64,000 nucleotides of DNA from Octopus sinensis (GCF_006345805.1 NC_043010.1:34968001-35032000), one strand, 5' to 3'. Shown: positions 39,640 through 54,429, numbered from the stretch's first letter. A program made the numbers and translations. The notes: generated from the letters alone by a model not told the origin.

Positions 39640-39892
39640 CAATTGCAGTGTAGAAGGTGTTTATAAGCTATTTAAAAACACACAAAAACCATCAGATTCA
39701 CTTCGACATTTAAATTTGATTTGTCAAAATATTTTAGTCACTTTGAAAACCACGATCTGTTCACTGATAAAATTCTGTGCCGCATCTCAGTGAACAAAAA
39801 TTTTTTGACAAATTAAATTTAAATGTTGAAGTGAATCTAACGGTTTTTGTGCATTTTTAAATGGCTTGTAAACACTTTCCATGCTGCCATTG
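39640..39892. mobile_element. Fold-back element with ~100-bp arms, Penelope-like
   Basis: caattgcagtgtagaaggtgtttataagc...tttgatttgtcaaaatatttt vs the reverse complement of aaaaattttttgacaaattaaattt...gtaaacactttccatgctgccattg; centre tcactga...tcagtga. Confidence 0.85.
39720..39772 (-). ncRNA. Degenerate minimal hammerhead with G3-C8 covariant core
   Basis: Minus strand: ttttatca GTGAACA gatcgtggttttcaaagtgac TAAA atat TT tgacaaa. Confidence 0.55.
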
Positions 39893-42233
39893 TTTTTGTT
39901 TCAGCAAACAGTCTCAGATCAGGTCACTTGCTATGCAAGTACATCTCTGTAATATATATATATAAGCCAGGATGTTGTTTTCTGCACAGGTTCACAAGTT
40001 CTTTGTCTAAGATGTTGTACATCTTAAGAAAATACCTTGTGGTTGTAACTTTATAGTTGTAAACTAAATTTCTTAACCATAAGAGCCATGCACACACTTA
40101 AAAATCGCCTTGGAGTTACATTCAACAGTTTTTGTCAGTGAGCAGTATTTTTCTTTTATCACTTAATCAGAGAAGGAAGAACCCTTTTCAGGACCTCCAT
40201 AAGTAAAGGGAAGAAGGAAGGTAAGTTATTTTCAGACAAGAGATCTAGTCTGAATGTATGTTGCAGAGTGAATCTGCTAAAGACAAGCCAAGGCCCAGGT
40301 GCTGGGATCATAAACTAGATGATGGATTATAACTACCATCCAAGAAAAGGAACAGTCCCTCAATGTGCTTCTACTTAGTTTCCATCAACCGAATTTTGCC
40401 CACAAGGCCTTGGGTGACTTGAGGCTATAACAGAAGACACAATCCAAAGACGTCTTCTATAAGCTAAGGTATGCAGTGGGATCGAACTTGAAACCATGTA
40501 GTTGTGAAACAAACTACATTCCTTGGATCTTACTAATTATTTACAATCAAAATTATGGATACTCCACCATTGTTTGAAGTCAGCAGTTTGTTCCAGTATG
40601 TAGCTTGAAGTCAACCTTAACATGTTGTAATATATAAATGTATGTGGGTGTGTGTTTTGTAAAAGATGGTGAGAATAACAAGTGGGTGTCTGTGTGACTA
40701 CATAAGTACCAAGACAGCATTGCTTGAACTGATATACATAAATTTACCTTAGCTAAGGTATTGAGTTCTTTTTACTCTGCTGATAAAGATATTTTGTAAG
40801 TATGAACATTTGCAAATACAGCCCCCACTGACTCCATGGGTATGTGTATGTTTAAAAAAATTTATAGCTTTGCTCTGGAATGACTCTCAAGAGTATACAC
40901 ACCCATGGTTACAAAGATAACTAAAAATGTTTTTAGGTTTGTTATCCTTTCAGTAGTTTCTGCTCAACCTAGCCTTTCTGCTGAGAAACTAATAGCTATA
41001 TGCATAAAAACACTGCTTACCTCATATGTGAGTTGATTTGTAACACTGATATCAATTTGACAACAGATAAAAGTTCTCTTTACACTAAACACAGCATGGA
41101 AACTAAAACATTCCCTTTTACCAAAGTATATATTTACACATATAAAATATAGTCTGGGTGTGAGATGAATCTTTGGAAAATATATTCTAAATCCTTGGAA
41201 AAACATCATAGATAAAATAAGCTCAAGTAAGGTAAAGTCACTGCAAACACTAAACCTCACAAACTATGATCTTTTATGGTGATCTCATAAATATATAATT
41301 AGCTTAATTTATTTGCTCTGAGTTATGAAGTGCAGATGATTCCAAAGAAGGATGAAATAGTACTTTACACAGCTATTAATGACTAGGAACTTTAAGGTCT
41401 TTGTAATATGTAGAATAAAAAATTATTAAATGTGTATATTCTGTACACATTTTTCTTTACTTTTTAATGTAAATTTCAAACCCACCTCAATGTACCTTAA
41501 TTTACAAGGGATTGTCTCTCCTATGTCGGTTGACCACCAGGAGTACACATGTTAGAACCACATATATATATAACATTGCCAAAACTGTATCTTGAATATT
41601 AGGATTCTTCTTCAAGGTCTGAAGATACTTTAGCCTTCATCAGCTGTTGACTTACACAATAAATTTGGAGAATATGTTACATTTTCTCAGGTTGGAAAAA
41701 AGAAATATCTTGTTTCTACAATCAAAAGAAGTGCAGGGAGGAGAATTACTGGACATTATTACCAGAAATGTATATTAAGAAAATCTTAAGACCTACATAA
41801 CAATGCTAATATTAATACTATAAGTAATAATAGGAAAAGGTATTGTTGAGACATTCAGTTGTGACAGTCATACATCTCTAAAAGCAATACAATATTGGTT
41901 TGAACTAAGACTCCAAACAAGACTGAATTCCCTGCGTATGTGTAAGTATGTATTTGTGCATATGTACATATATGCATGTACAGGTACTTGTATGAACACC
42001 AATATAAAAATAATGAGTGGTAGAGTATCTATATGTGTGTGTATATATATATTTTCATATGCTATATTGCATGTGTATATGGATGTATGTTGCATGTTTG
42101 TATGTGTACATGTAGGATACATGCATGTTTGATGCGTTGTCTTTGTTCTCAAGACCTCATCATTGAATATAAAATTTGATGTAGTAATTTCCTTGTGTGT
42201 GTGTGCATATATATATATATATATATATGCATT

Positions 42234-42622
42234 GTGGAGGAGCAATGGCCCAGTGGTTAGGGCAGCGGACTCGCGGTCATAGGATCACGGTTTCGATTCC
42301 CAGATCGGGCGTTGTGAGTGTTTATTGAGCGAAAACACCTAAAGCTCCATGAGGCTCCGACAGGGATGGTGGTGATCCCTGCTGTACTCTTTCACCACAA
42401 CTTTCTCTCACTCTTACTTCCTGTTTCTGTTGTACCTGTATTTCAAAGGGCCGGCCTTGTCACTCTCTGTGTCATGCTGAATATCCCCGAGAACTACGTT
42501 AAGGGTACACGTGTCTGTGGAATGCTCAGCCACTTACACGTCAATTTCACGAGCAGGCTGTTCCGTTGATCGGATCAACCAGAACCCTCGTCGTCGTAAC
42601 CGACGGAGTGCTTCCATCCCCC
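42234..42622 (+). mobile_element. Full-length SINE family B
   Basis: tRNA-like head with A/B boxes; 9-bp TSD atatgcatt at 42225-42233 and 42623-42631. Confidence 0.9.
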
Positions 42623-43679
42623 ATATGCATTATATACATGAATGCATATAGACATATATACTACAATCATTAAGTAGACCAGTTCACTGAGAAGGTTGTA
42701 CAAATATCACAGCAGTAATAAACCATTGTAAAAGTTCAGCATGGAGTTCCAACAAATTCAAAGCAACTCATTTTGGAAGTTACCTCTATGCATCTAAGAG
42801 CAAGAGACCACCTTTACCCCACCCTATCAAGTGCCTTCTTTATCAGATAGATTGCATCAAATTATATTTGCAACAAATCTGCTTGATATCACCACCTTTG
42901 ATAAGAGATATACACATATCACAGACATGTATCATACATATACACAGGTGCTCTATAGTTATACATACAAATATACACATCTAACATGCACTCAGACACA
43001 TAACACATGTGCACACACATGTACATTTATCTTACATGTACACATGCATAACTTATGAAAACATGTATGATACATGTTCTTAGCATTAATGTGGTATGAA
43101 AAGTACAGAAGAAAGAAAGCATCTACAGACCAGTAATGGAGGGAATTCTCTTACAAATCTAATATCCCAAAACACAGCTTTATGTCTATTATTATTGTCA
43201 TGACAAAGTGTGTACAAACTCACCTGACCACATTATGGCCAATCCTGGATCATACATATACATACATGTATCATAGACATGCACATGTACATCTTACACA
43301 TATGTATACTCGTACTACATACGTACACAACAAATATAGATTATAAAAAAAAAAATCAAAACTAATGACATTAGCTCCATCATGGCCAACTGTGAAACAA
43401 TGTCCTCTAGATATTACCTTACCATAAGGTAGTGGCATAAAACCTGTGCAGTAGCCCCTGCTTGGGGGTGTTATGAGCTCATAAGAGGGTGACAGATGTC
43501 AAGGAAGCACTACAGGGTCAGTGTCATTATGACAAATGAAACATTTAAACCAAGTACAGTATTTTTATTTTAAACAAATCTTTGTCAAAATTAGAATATG
43601 ATTAAGATATTGCGTAATTTGTGAGCAAAAATGTGACTGATGATGCACCAAGCACCAATGTACACACCAGGTACAAGGC

Positions 43680-43855
43680 TTGGCGGCATTTTGTCCATCT
43701 TTACATTCTGAGTTCAAATTCTGCTGAAGTTGACCTTGCCTTTCATCCTTTTGGGGTTGATGAAATAAGTACCAGTCAAGCACTGGGCAAGTTGATAACA
43801 TCAACTAGCCCCCTCCCCTAAAATTTCAGGCCTTGTGCCTATAATAGAAAAGATT
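43680..43855 (+). mobile_element. Old SINE family C
   Basis: ttctgagttcaaattctgctgaagttgaccttgcctttcatcc...aagtaccagtc. Confidence 0.75.
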
Positions 43856-45929
43856 ATATAACTTTTTACCTTCTTTAGCAATTTCTGTAAGAATTTAATA
43901 TATAAGGTAGTAGTCCATGCAAATATCCATGCTGGGTGGTATAGTATATGAAAATATGATTGATAAACAACTTCACAAAATTAGCTTTCATTTGATTAAA
44001 ATAATCTGCTCCAAGGCTTTTGGGGATAGTTTGGGGAAACATAGCAAAAGAGTATTTCAAAAAATACTATTTGGTAATGGGTGGGAGGAGGGGTACTGAG
44101 CTGCAAAAAGTTGAAAACTACTCCCATACGGTCCAATTTAGTAGCAAAAGCACTCTGAGATAGAGTAAGAAAGAAAAAAAGGCAACAAAAATGAACAGAT
44201 TGTTCATCTTTATTGGATGGATCAAAAGAATATTGGTGAATTTTAAGAAGAAAAAAAACATCGCAAACAAATGAAAAGACAACTAATCTGATATTGTTGT
44301 TCCAGACCACAAAATATAAATATATCCTGTTGTAAATGTCACCTATGTTTTTGATGTTAATTAGTATGAAAAATACAAGAGAAAACAAACATTTATGGAC
44401 CCCTAATGAGGATCCTGCAAATCTTGTACTCAAAATACACTTACAAAAATACCCAATACACTTATTATTATGTCAGGGTGTGTATTGAACCAGCTGACCA
44501 ACTTACAGTTGAATCTGATCTCTTGAAGGAATACTTAGCAACAAAATTCAAACATGAAAGAGGATTACAATATTTACAACTAAAAATCTGTACCTAAAAT
44601 TGAAAAATAAATGGATAAAAAACAACAGTTTTGTTTATATCTATTTTTTTACATGAGTGATCAGTCAAAATAGATGTGGAAACATAAAATGAAAGAGAAA
44701 ATGTGTATAAATATGGATAAATATATACATGTACATATATATATATAGTATGTGTATGTTATATATACAATGCACATACATGCAGTAAACACACATACAT
44801 AAATTCACAAATACTTACATATATAAAGATACACATTCACATACATACATGGACACATATGTATACACACACAAACATACACAGGTATATATATATATAT
44901 ATATATATAAGCACATAGACATACTTACACATCTGTACATATATACATTTAAAAAAATAAATACATATTACTGTTCAATGAAGTATGTATACATATTCAA
45001 TATGAACAATACACAAACAATCTATTGCGACATAAATTTAACGGACTCAAAGTGTACGCATACACCTACATATTTATCGATTTCATTCAACAAATAAACA
45101 GCAGTGATGCTCTAGCATGGCCTAAGCTACACTAACACACACATTACTATTGACTAAATTATGTATGTTTGTGTTGCTTACCAAAGAATACGCATGTATG
45201 TGTGTTTTCATTTGTTTTGTATGAGAAATAAAAATACATAAAAATACAATTTAACATTAAGCTGAAGGATCACTCAATAGTTTTTAGGTGCATCTGACAA
45301 TAATTGGGTGTGCCAAAGCTTCAAAGTCACTGTCAACATTTTCCTTGTAAATAAAAAAACAAATTGTGTATATCATATGCATAAGTCACATGACTGTTGC
45401 TCACTGTGAACATGATAAAAGGACAATAATAATACAGGCAAGATCAAAAACAGTGACATGATGAGATCCCTCTCAGCTTATTTCTATTTTGTCATTTTTT
45501 AAAAATTTCTATTATTAATATGTGAAATTGATTGTCCTGTCAAAGGGATAGAATTAATTTCTACAACCTAACAGTTATGCACCTAAACAGAGAGTGAGTG
45601 TATCTATCAAAATATGGTTTAATAAACAGTGTGGTCAAATGATTTGCTGCTATGGCAAGAAGCTGTTAGTGACCACTGTGGAAGATCTATAGTTCATATT
45701 ACTTAACATGTAAGTGTGGGGGGGATATCTATTTATATGAGTGTGTGTGTGTATGTGTGTGTGTGTGTGTGTGTGAATCACAACTGTCCAACGTATGGGA
45801 ACATGAAACTCTGACTAGCAGTTTTTTGTGATATTTTTTAGGTATAATAATAATAATAATAATATATATATTATATATATGTGTATATATATATATAAAT
45901 ACATATAGATAGAGAGAGAGAGAGAGAAA

Positions 45930-46015
45930 TAAAAGACTATGGAACCTGGTGTGGCTCCTGACCTTGCCAGCTCCTGTTAAACTATCCAACCAATGCCAGC
46001 AAGGAAAACCGATAT

Positions 46016-46051
<36 letters not shown>

Positions 46052-46052
46052 G
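45930..46052 (+). mobile_element. RTE family D 3' end with (GAT)n tail
   Basis: gccagctcctgttaaactatccaaccaatgccagcaaggaaaacc followed by (gat)n. Confidence 0.65.
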
Positions 46053-46679
46053 GACCTAATCATGTACATTCATTTAACAGACCTGGTAATCAAGTTCAAT
46101 TTCCTCCGGATAAAGAAATTAGACTGTTGTCGACTGTTGATTTCCAGCAGTTTTTTTTGTTTTCATTTACAGGAGTAGTCAAAATACCCAAGACGAATTG
46201 ACTTGCATCATGTGCACGACCATATCATTCACTTGAAGGTAATACATCTTAGGAAGTTGTAAGCAGTTTGGTATGTCCTATCAAGTTCTTCTACAGATAC
46301 TTAAATAGATATCTCCTTTTTTTTTCCCCCCCAGTCTTTCTTAAGTATGAACATTATATGTTCAGTCAATTCCAACCATTATTACTTGGCATTTGCATAA
46401 TATTAATTTTCTGTTATTTAGTTTTGTGAGCCAAATAACATCTTAACATTATAATAAGTCTGGTGAGGCACTTATTCAAATTCAGTAAAGCAATCTCACA
46501 GTAATGCTGAACTTGCAAGAGGTTCTGTATGTCCAGAAGCCTTATCGAACTGAATAAGCAATCATCACCCAAATTGATCTCATTCTTTTGTTAAACAACA
46601 CTGATCATGTGAACATTAGGCAGTCAAATGACACTGTATGTAAAATATAGCATATGCAATACTGCAGTAGCATAAATGT

Positions 46680-47050
46680 TATGTACATTCACGTACACAT
46701 GTACACACATATATACACAAATGTATACTGACACACATATACACCATACATAACTGCACATACATTATACATACATACATACATATATATATATACATAT
46801 ATATACATATATATATACATATATATACATATACATACATATACATATATATACATACATATACATATATATACGTATACATACATATACATACATATAC
46901 ATATATATACATATACATACATATACATATATATACGTATACATACATATACATATATATACGTATACATACATATACATATATATACATATATATGCAT
47001 ATACATATATACATATATATGCATATATATATATAGACACACATATACCT
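46680..47050. repeat. (TATACA)n-type compound microsatellite
   Basis: Direct reading. Confidence 0.95.
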
Positions 47051-47158
47051 ACATGTATATATATTATCTACAACTCATATGTGTATGTGTATGCATTCAT
47101 TTCCTATTTTGTGATACAAACGCACACCTACTGTAATTATTTCTGTATTTCTTACCAC

Positions 47159-47189
<31 letters not shown>

Positions 47190-47252
47190 ATACAAAGTCG
47201 TAAATGACAGGCAAATATTTTGATGAACTTTTATTTAACAATAAGAAAAATG

Positions 47253-47317
<65 letters not shown>

Positions 47318-47471
47318 ACTTCACGTCAGCTTTCCATGCTGGCACAACAAGATTCAAAAGGACAGAGGACCATTTCTTGTTTGTGTGTGTGTGTGTATGC
47401 ATGTAGAAATATTAGGTTAACTTCCTACTTATCCCACTACAGTGTACAGCTTCTGTCAACTAATACTATAT

Positions 47472-47517
<46 letters not shown>

Positions 47518-50500
47518 TAATTTTGCTATAAGGAGTTTTAATAATCAAGGCACATGAATTCGTAGGATGCCAGAAATGGCTAGGTATGATAACATAGTGA
47601 GTTAAACAACATTGAAGGCATCAAGCGCTGGTTGGATACAGTAGATATGCATATGCCAAATCCAATTTAAACCATAGATCTAACTCAGGGGTGGGTCCTC
47701 AGTGTAGCATAGGTATAAAAAGTAAATACCATTTGTGTTTATATATATATATGTGTGTGTGTGTGTATGCATGTATGTATATAATGCAAAGAGAGCAACA
47801 AGAGATAGATATAACTATATGGCTATCACCATATACATCACTGATGTAATCCATGAAATGTACTTTTTGGTGGCAGAGAAAACTGAGAAGAAAATGACTG
47901 CAACAAATATATTTAAATATCATCGGTTCCATGTTCTATGATGGGGCCATGATAAGAGAAGCATTTTTCACACTGGTAAATGTAATCCTCCCTAATATAC
48001 AGACACATAAACTCATTATACATTGTAATTTGTAATATATAACACATGCATATTATGATACACACACACACTGATAGTGAAAGAAACAGTCATTATATCA
48101 GAATTTATAAGTTTATGTACATGCACAAATATATATATATATATAGTAAAGGCTTGGTGATAAGAGTTTTAGACTCACAATCACACGATCACACTTTTGA
48201 TTCCCAGTCTGAGTGGTACACTACATCCTTAAGCTAAGCACATCAGTTCATATTACTCCAGTCCAACTGTGGGTTAACTCTGCAACTGATTGCTGTTTCA
48301 TTCAGGGGTTAATTTTGTATTCTCAATAATTTATATGCTATGGAAAGTGGGATGAGTTCCAGCCAAATGAGCTTTTAGGCTCAAGAGAGACATCGACTTT
48401 AACAAATATGGATGCACGCACACACAAACACACACACACAAACACACACACACACACACATGACACCACATACAGAAATTGAACTAGGAGACGCAGTTGT
48501 TTGATTCTTGACCAAAGCCAATTCAACTAACTCGGGTCACTTTGAGACATGCACAAACACCACAAAAGCAGTTACTCTTTTTTTTTAGCCATTAATTTAA
48601 GTAGTAAAAGTATTAGTACTATAACATGGGTCTAAAGATTTTCTTGATGATACTTCAAATAATATCCATTAATTTCCTGCCATTGACTTCTTTTAATTCT
48701 AGCTGAGTAGAAAAAGCAAATGTTTTTTGTGTAATTTGTTTCAACATTGCAAATGAAGAGCATCATCCATTTGAACCACTCAAAGTAACCATTATAATTG
48801 TTTTTGTTCTGGTTTGGTCTTACAAGGCATGTCTTCAAAGGTCTTCCAGCCATGGCCATTCATATTTTATTCAGATATGATGAATCAAGGATATTATATA
48901 TTGTGTCCTTCCATTTTTAAGATGGTAACATTTTGATTTGAAAGAGATTTCCTATTGTTTCCAGCAGGTCAGACAACCACTCAGAGACCTCTCTTGCTGG
49001 CTGACCAAACAGTACCTTCCTTCTGTATTGAACCATTACAATAAATGCACTAGAAATAATACAAGCTTGCAAGGAAGCATCTACATGGTCATTTGACCTG
49101 CAAGAAACAACAGCCAAATTTCCTTCAAATCACATTTAGCTGTCTAACAAACAAACAAAAAACACACTGGATAATGTGGTTTATATTGAGTGTATCTTAA
49201 TAATAAACTGGGTGATCATGGATGAAATGCCTTTGATCATATGTCTTTGAATCAAAGCCGAGTTGAAGCTAAACAACAGATGACACCGACAGTATTTACC
49301 AGATAATATGCATTCAACTAGTACATAGTGTTTGAGTGCTTGCTTCATATATTTCCTTTCTGTGTTTGTTTCTTATAGTTCAGGTGGAAGGAGGGAGTTA
49401 ACACTTCTCATCTGCAAAATAGCTTTCAATTTCAGGAGAACAAAAAAATTGTTTTCAAATCATTGATTTTTTTTTTCTTGAAGCTGCCAAGTGTTCAACC
49501 AGTAGTTTAATGAAGGGCTGGTAGAAAATAACAAGATGCCATTGACGAGAGGTGGGGGCACACATTTAAAAACCAAATCTTCAATATGAAAGCAGTGATT
49601 ATAATAACTGTTTCTGATTTTTGTACAAAGGGGAGAGGGGTTAGTCAATTACATCAACCCCAGTTCATGACTGGTACTTTATTTTATCAACCACAGAAGG
49701 ATGAATGACAAAGTTAACTTCAGTAAGATCCGAACTGAGAATGTAAAGAGCTGAAATAAATGTCACAAGGCATAAGAATAAACACCACAAGGTATATTTT
49801 TCAACACTCTAATGATTCTGCCAAACCACCCCACTCCATCACCACCACCACCATGATTTATAATTTAGGCACAAGGCCAGCAATTTTGAGGGAGAAGGTT
49901 TGTCAATTAGATTTCCTCCATTCCCTCAATATTTGACTGCTACTTTGTCAGTCCTAGAGAGCTGAAAGCAAAATGAACCTCAGTGGGATTTGAACTTAAT
50001 ACTTAAAGAGCAAGAATGAATCCCCAATACTTCAATCACTTTGCAAAATATTGATTTCCAACAAATACAAAGCCTTAAATTGTTGAAGAAGGTACAGCTG
50101 ATATAATGACTCCAGCAATTTACTGGGGCATTTTTGACACCCACACCTTGGATGGATAAGAGCAAAGCGAAGCTCACATTTCTATTAACTGTCTCAAACC
50201 CTAAATGAGACTATAAAGACAGTTGATACCTCTCTGTTACATTATTTTTGTATTCTTTATAACAGAATTTATTCATTTGTAGCATGGAATTAATAAACCT
50301 GAATTATTAACAGAAATGTTGGCATATAAGAGAATTCAACAACACAACAGAACTAATAATAATTTATAACATAGCAACACCGTCACACATATTTAGATGG
50401 GGGTGAGGATTAAGGTTGATTGAATCACCTACCTTGCACTTATTCCATCAACCACCCAGAATAACAATGGGTAGAATTTGACCCTAGTGGGATTTCAATA

Positions 50501-50637
50501 TTGAAATGTAAAGGAACATAACTAAAAACTGCAAGGTATCTTTGTCTGTAGCTCAACTGATTCTGTCAGCCACCGCCTTACATTTTAATTAAGAACAATA
50601 ATGATATTGCTAGTATCATACCACCATGTTATATAGG

Positions 50638-50678
<41 letters not shown>

Positions 50679-51149
50679 AGAAGCAACATGCTGTTTCAAT
50701 ATCTGTAACAACAAGCTAAGTGTTAAAACCTTGTTACATATATTACATATATTGTAATATCCATAAATTAGCCAGTTACCATTATTAAATGATAATGTTG
50801 ATTTCAAGATTGAGAGGGTGAGAATGGGAAGGTGGAAGTGGGAGAGAACTGACATTTTTATAATACTCAAAACCATGCACACACACATCACACATACCAC
50901 ACCCTCTTGAAATATACATTTAAATACAAAAATAAATTTAAAAAAAAGAAAAAAGTACAAATGTAAAATTCAGAATTTAATTATATTGTATCTACAGAGT
51001 CTTTAAGTATTCGTTTAAGATGGTGCTATGATGGGAAAAGTATTCACGCATACAACCAATCATAACAAACACACAAGTCCTTTGAAGTTTATGGGAAGAA
51101 ATGAGCAGGAAAGAGGATGCTGTGGTACTACTGCTACACTGTTCATCAA

Positions 51150-51642
51150 GGACATTAGCAAAAGAAATGCATATATACACATATATGTACCCATACATAT
51201 ATATGCACACACAAACATATATATATATATATACATACATACATAAGTATATACACATACATATATATACATAATGGACATATATGCACACATAAATATA
51301 TATATATATATATATATATACATAAATCTACATGCATCTACATACATATATTATATATATATATAAATCTATATGTACATATATATATATATATATGTAC
51401 ATATCTATATGTATATATATATAATATATATATACATAATCTACATGTATGTAAATATATATATATATATATATATAAATCTATATGTACATATATATAT
51501 ATATATCTATATATATATATATATATATATATATAACACTATATGTATGTGCATATGTATATACATAAATCTACATGTACGTACATATATATATATATAA
51601 ATCTATATGTACATATATATATACATAACTCTACATGTATGT

Positions 51643-51679
<37 letters not shown>

Positions 51680-51694
51680 ACTCTACATGTATAT

Positions 51695-51744
<50 letters not shown>

Positions 51745-51747
51745 CTC

Positions 51748-51797
<50 letters not shown>

Positions 51798-51850
51798 CAT
51801 ACATAAATCTACACGCATGTTCATACATACATGCATACATACATACATAC
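51150..51850. repeat. (TA)n-rich compound repeat punctuated by aaatctacatgt/aactctacatgt units
   Basis: Direct reading. Confidence 0.9.
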
Positions 51851-52259
51851 AATCAGAATACACACAGATATACAAATACATATATCAAAAATATAAGTGG
51901 ATCTCCATCTGCTTTGGAAATGAGCCTTCCACTTGTTTGATTAATAGGATTTAACTAGTTTAAAATTATAATCTAAATGGTTGAATATTCATCAGACACT
52001 TGTAGTCTCACTGTAATACTCAAGCAAATCAACATAAGACATTAATATGAAACACGCAGCCTTTTTGTAATTAAGATTCAGACCATTTTATGAACTTTGG
52101 TCCTTCCATTTTCGCTCAAAAGGCTCGAGTTGAATTAAAGGCATGGTCAAAGGCATTGAAGTCGCCTCACGATGAGATCGAACCCAATATATTGAGCTTG
52201 CAAAAAGAACATCTTAATCACCCAGTTATGTGTATGGCAACACACACACACACACACAC

Positions 52260-52294
<35 letters not shown>

Positions 52295-52419
52295 TATGTA
52301 AGTCTGTCTCAAGCCTAGAGGCCCATTAATCCGGAGCTTAGCTCGGTTTCCATGGCGTTTAACTGACTGAGAATATATGATACAGGCATAAATGTACAAA
52401 CGTAGGTTGTGTGTGTGCG

Positions 52420-52458
<39 letters not shown>

Positions 52459-52492
52459 TGAATATAAATAGTAAGTGTATATATGTATGTAC

Positions 52493-52530
<38 letters not shown>

Positions 52531-52557
52531 CAGCCAGACAGGCACACATACGCGTGC

Positions 52558-52607
<50 letters not shown>

Positions 52608-52660
52608 TCCCCCCTCTCTCTCTCACACACACACACACATGTGTGTATATATATATATAT

Positions 52661-52694
<34 letters not shown>

Positions 52695-53190
52695 ATATGA
52701 GACTGAGAGAGGGGAATACATATACACATGTATTCAAAACAGATTTATACACACAAGTATAAATACGTAAATATATACCCATACCTCTGATGCACACACA
52801 CATACATACATGTATACATTTATTCTTCATACATACAAAAAACATACACACAAAAAAAGTTCACCTTCTATGCCTCCTCTTCGTTCTCAATTATATAAGT
52901 ACACACATTTACTTTTAAATTACATATATATTTTTTTTATGGATATCACATCTTACACTGTAATAGCTTTGACAATTAAAATATATTCTGCATACATTTA
53001 CAGACAATATGTGCGATGCATTTCAACAAGACATATTCCAATGTATGCGAGTGGTTCTGCAGATTTGTGGGGTTTATATTTTTGTTAAACCTACGTATAG
53101 TTACCCATAAATTAGACAATTTGTATAGATCTAACGACATGAAATCAAGTGTGTGTGGGTGTGTGCGTGTGTATGTATGTATGTATGTAT

Positions 53191-53227
<37 letters not shown>

Positions 53228-53278
53228 TCGTGAGTATGTTTGTCTTAAAATTTTTAATTAACCACACAAGGTAGTAAT

Positions 53279-53833
53279 GAAATAGGGGGACAGTTTACAG
53301 AACATTGGCAACGATAAATTAATCCCCCACTTACCGACCATAGCAGCAGAAGCAGACTACTTGTGACCACGAAATAAGGGAACAGTTCACAAGTGGTTGA
53401 CAACGTAAAATTGATCCCCCATTTATCGTCAATAGCAGAAGACTGTAGTTACTTTCTCTTTCTAACAGCATTTTATTTTACTTATTTTTAGGCATTTCCA
53501 AAAATAATGAAATGTGAATTTTAAAAAACCAACGACTACCTTGATTGACTTTTTAAAAGGTGAAACTCTCATAACACTTGGTTGATTAATTTTTTGTTTC
53601 TATCGTTTTCTTTCTGTTTCGCTTATTTTTAACATACGAAGTGGCCATAAAGTCAAGGAACATTTTACGTAAAATCAACAACCTGAAATTAGTCCCCCAC
53701 TTATGAACTATAGCAGAAGACTTCTTGCTGGTCATGAAATAGGGGATCAGCTTATAATGAGATTACTACTGAAAATCAGTCCCCCATTAACCGACCTCAG
53801 CAACAGACCGCGCAGTGCTACTTTCTCTTTCTC
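53279..53833. repeat. Four copies of a ~90-bp unit arranged as two dimers
   Basis: tccccca at 53323, 53415, 53693 and 53780; gaaata.ggg at 53279, 53371 and 53736; both dimers end in tactttctctttct. Confidence 0.75.
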
Positions 53834-54052
53834 GTTTTCTTTTCCTGCTCGTATTTTTCGTTTTGTTTTTGTCTTTAATTAGATGTTAAATGTTTTGTTC
53901 TAAAAGAAGAATGCGAAGACACACAAAACGAATAAATACTGGTGGCTAAAGTTTTTGGTATTTGCCGTGTTTTCTCTCTCTTTCACTCTCTCTCTGTCTC
54001 ACTCTTTCATTTCGTATTAAAATGGATATATGTATATTGACACTTTACTTAC

Positions 54053-54319
54053 CTGAACCTGCTAAAAAGAGTCACGGCATCTTGTTTTAAAACAAAAATT
54101 AAATTTAGTAGGTAAAGATAGTCCAGAGTAGGTAGCAGCAACAAGAGTAGAAGCCGACGTAATTCCACTGTGCTGCTGCATTCGCCATGACAGACTGGCA
54201 AAAGGGGAGAAAGAGGGTGGGGGTGGTGATTATTATCATAATTGATGCTGAGCAACAGTAGGCAGTTTAGTGGGAGAACAATCACCGCCGCCGCCGTCGC
54301 GCTAATAATACGCGGTAGC

Positions 54320-54325
<6 letters not shown>
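54053..54325 (-). other. Putative 5'-UTR first exon of a minus-strand gene
   Basis: Perfect donor GTTCAG|GTAAGT at 54053/54052; the densest CpG patch in the window (cgccgccgccgtcgcg...cgcgg) next to (GA)n; only short uORFs. Confidence 0.5.
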
Positions 54326-54354
<29 letters not shown>

Positions 54355-54429
54355 AGGTGAAGTCTGAACGACTGAGAGATGGAGGTAGATAGACAGGAAA
54401 AAAAAATACGTAAAGATTGATAAGGATGT

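Noticed and set aside
48917-49117. Minus-strand ORF with an apparent ttcttgcag acceptor
   Set aside because: It belongs to a dispersed repeat (gctatttctagcaggt... family, also near 17390, 19480, 20945, 25740 and 30020).
52090-52293. 67-aa ORF MNFGPSIFAQKARVELK...
   Set aside because: It overlaps a reverse tRNA-like SINE head and ends in a microsatellite.
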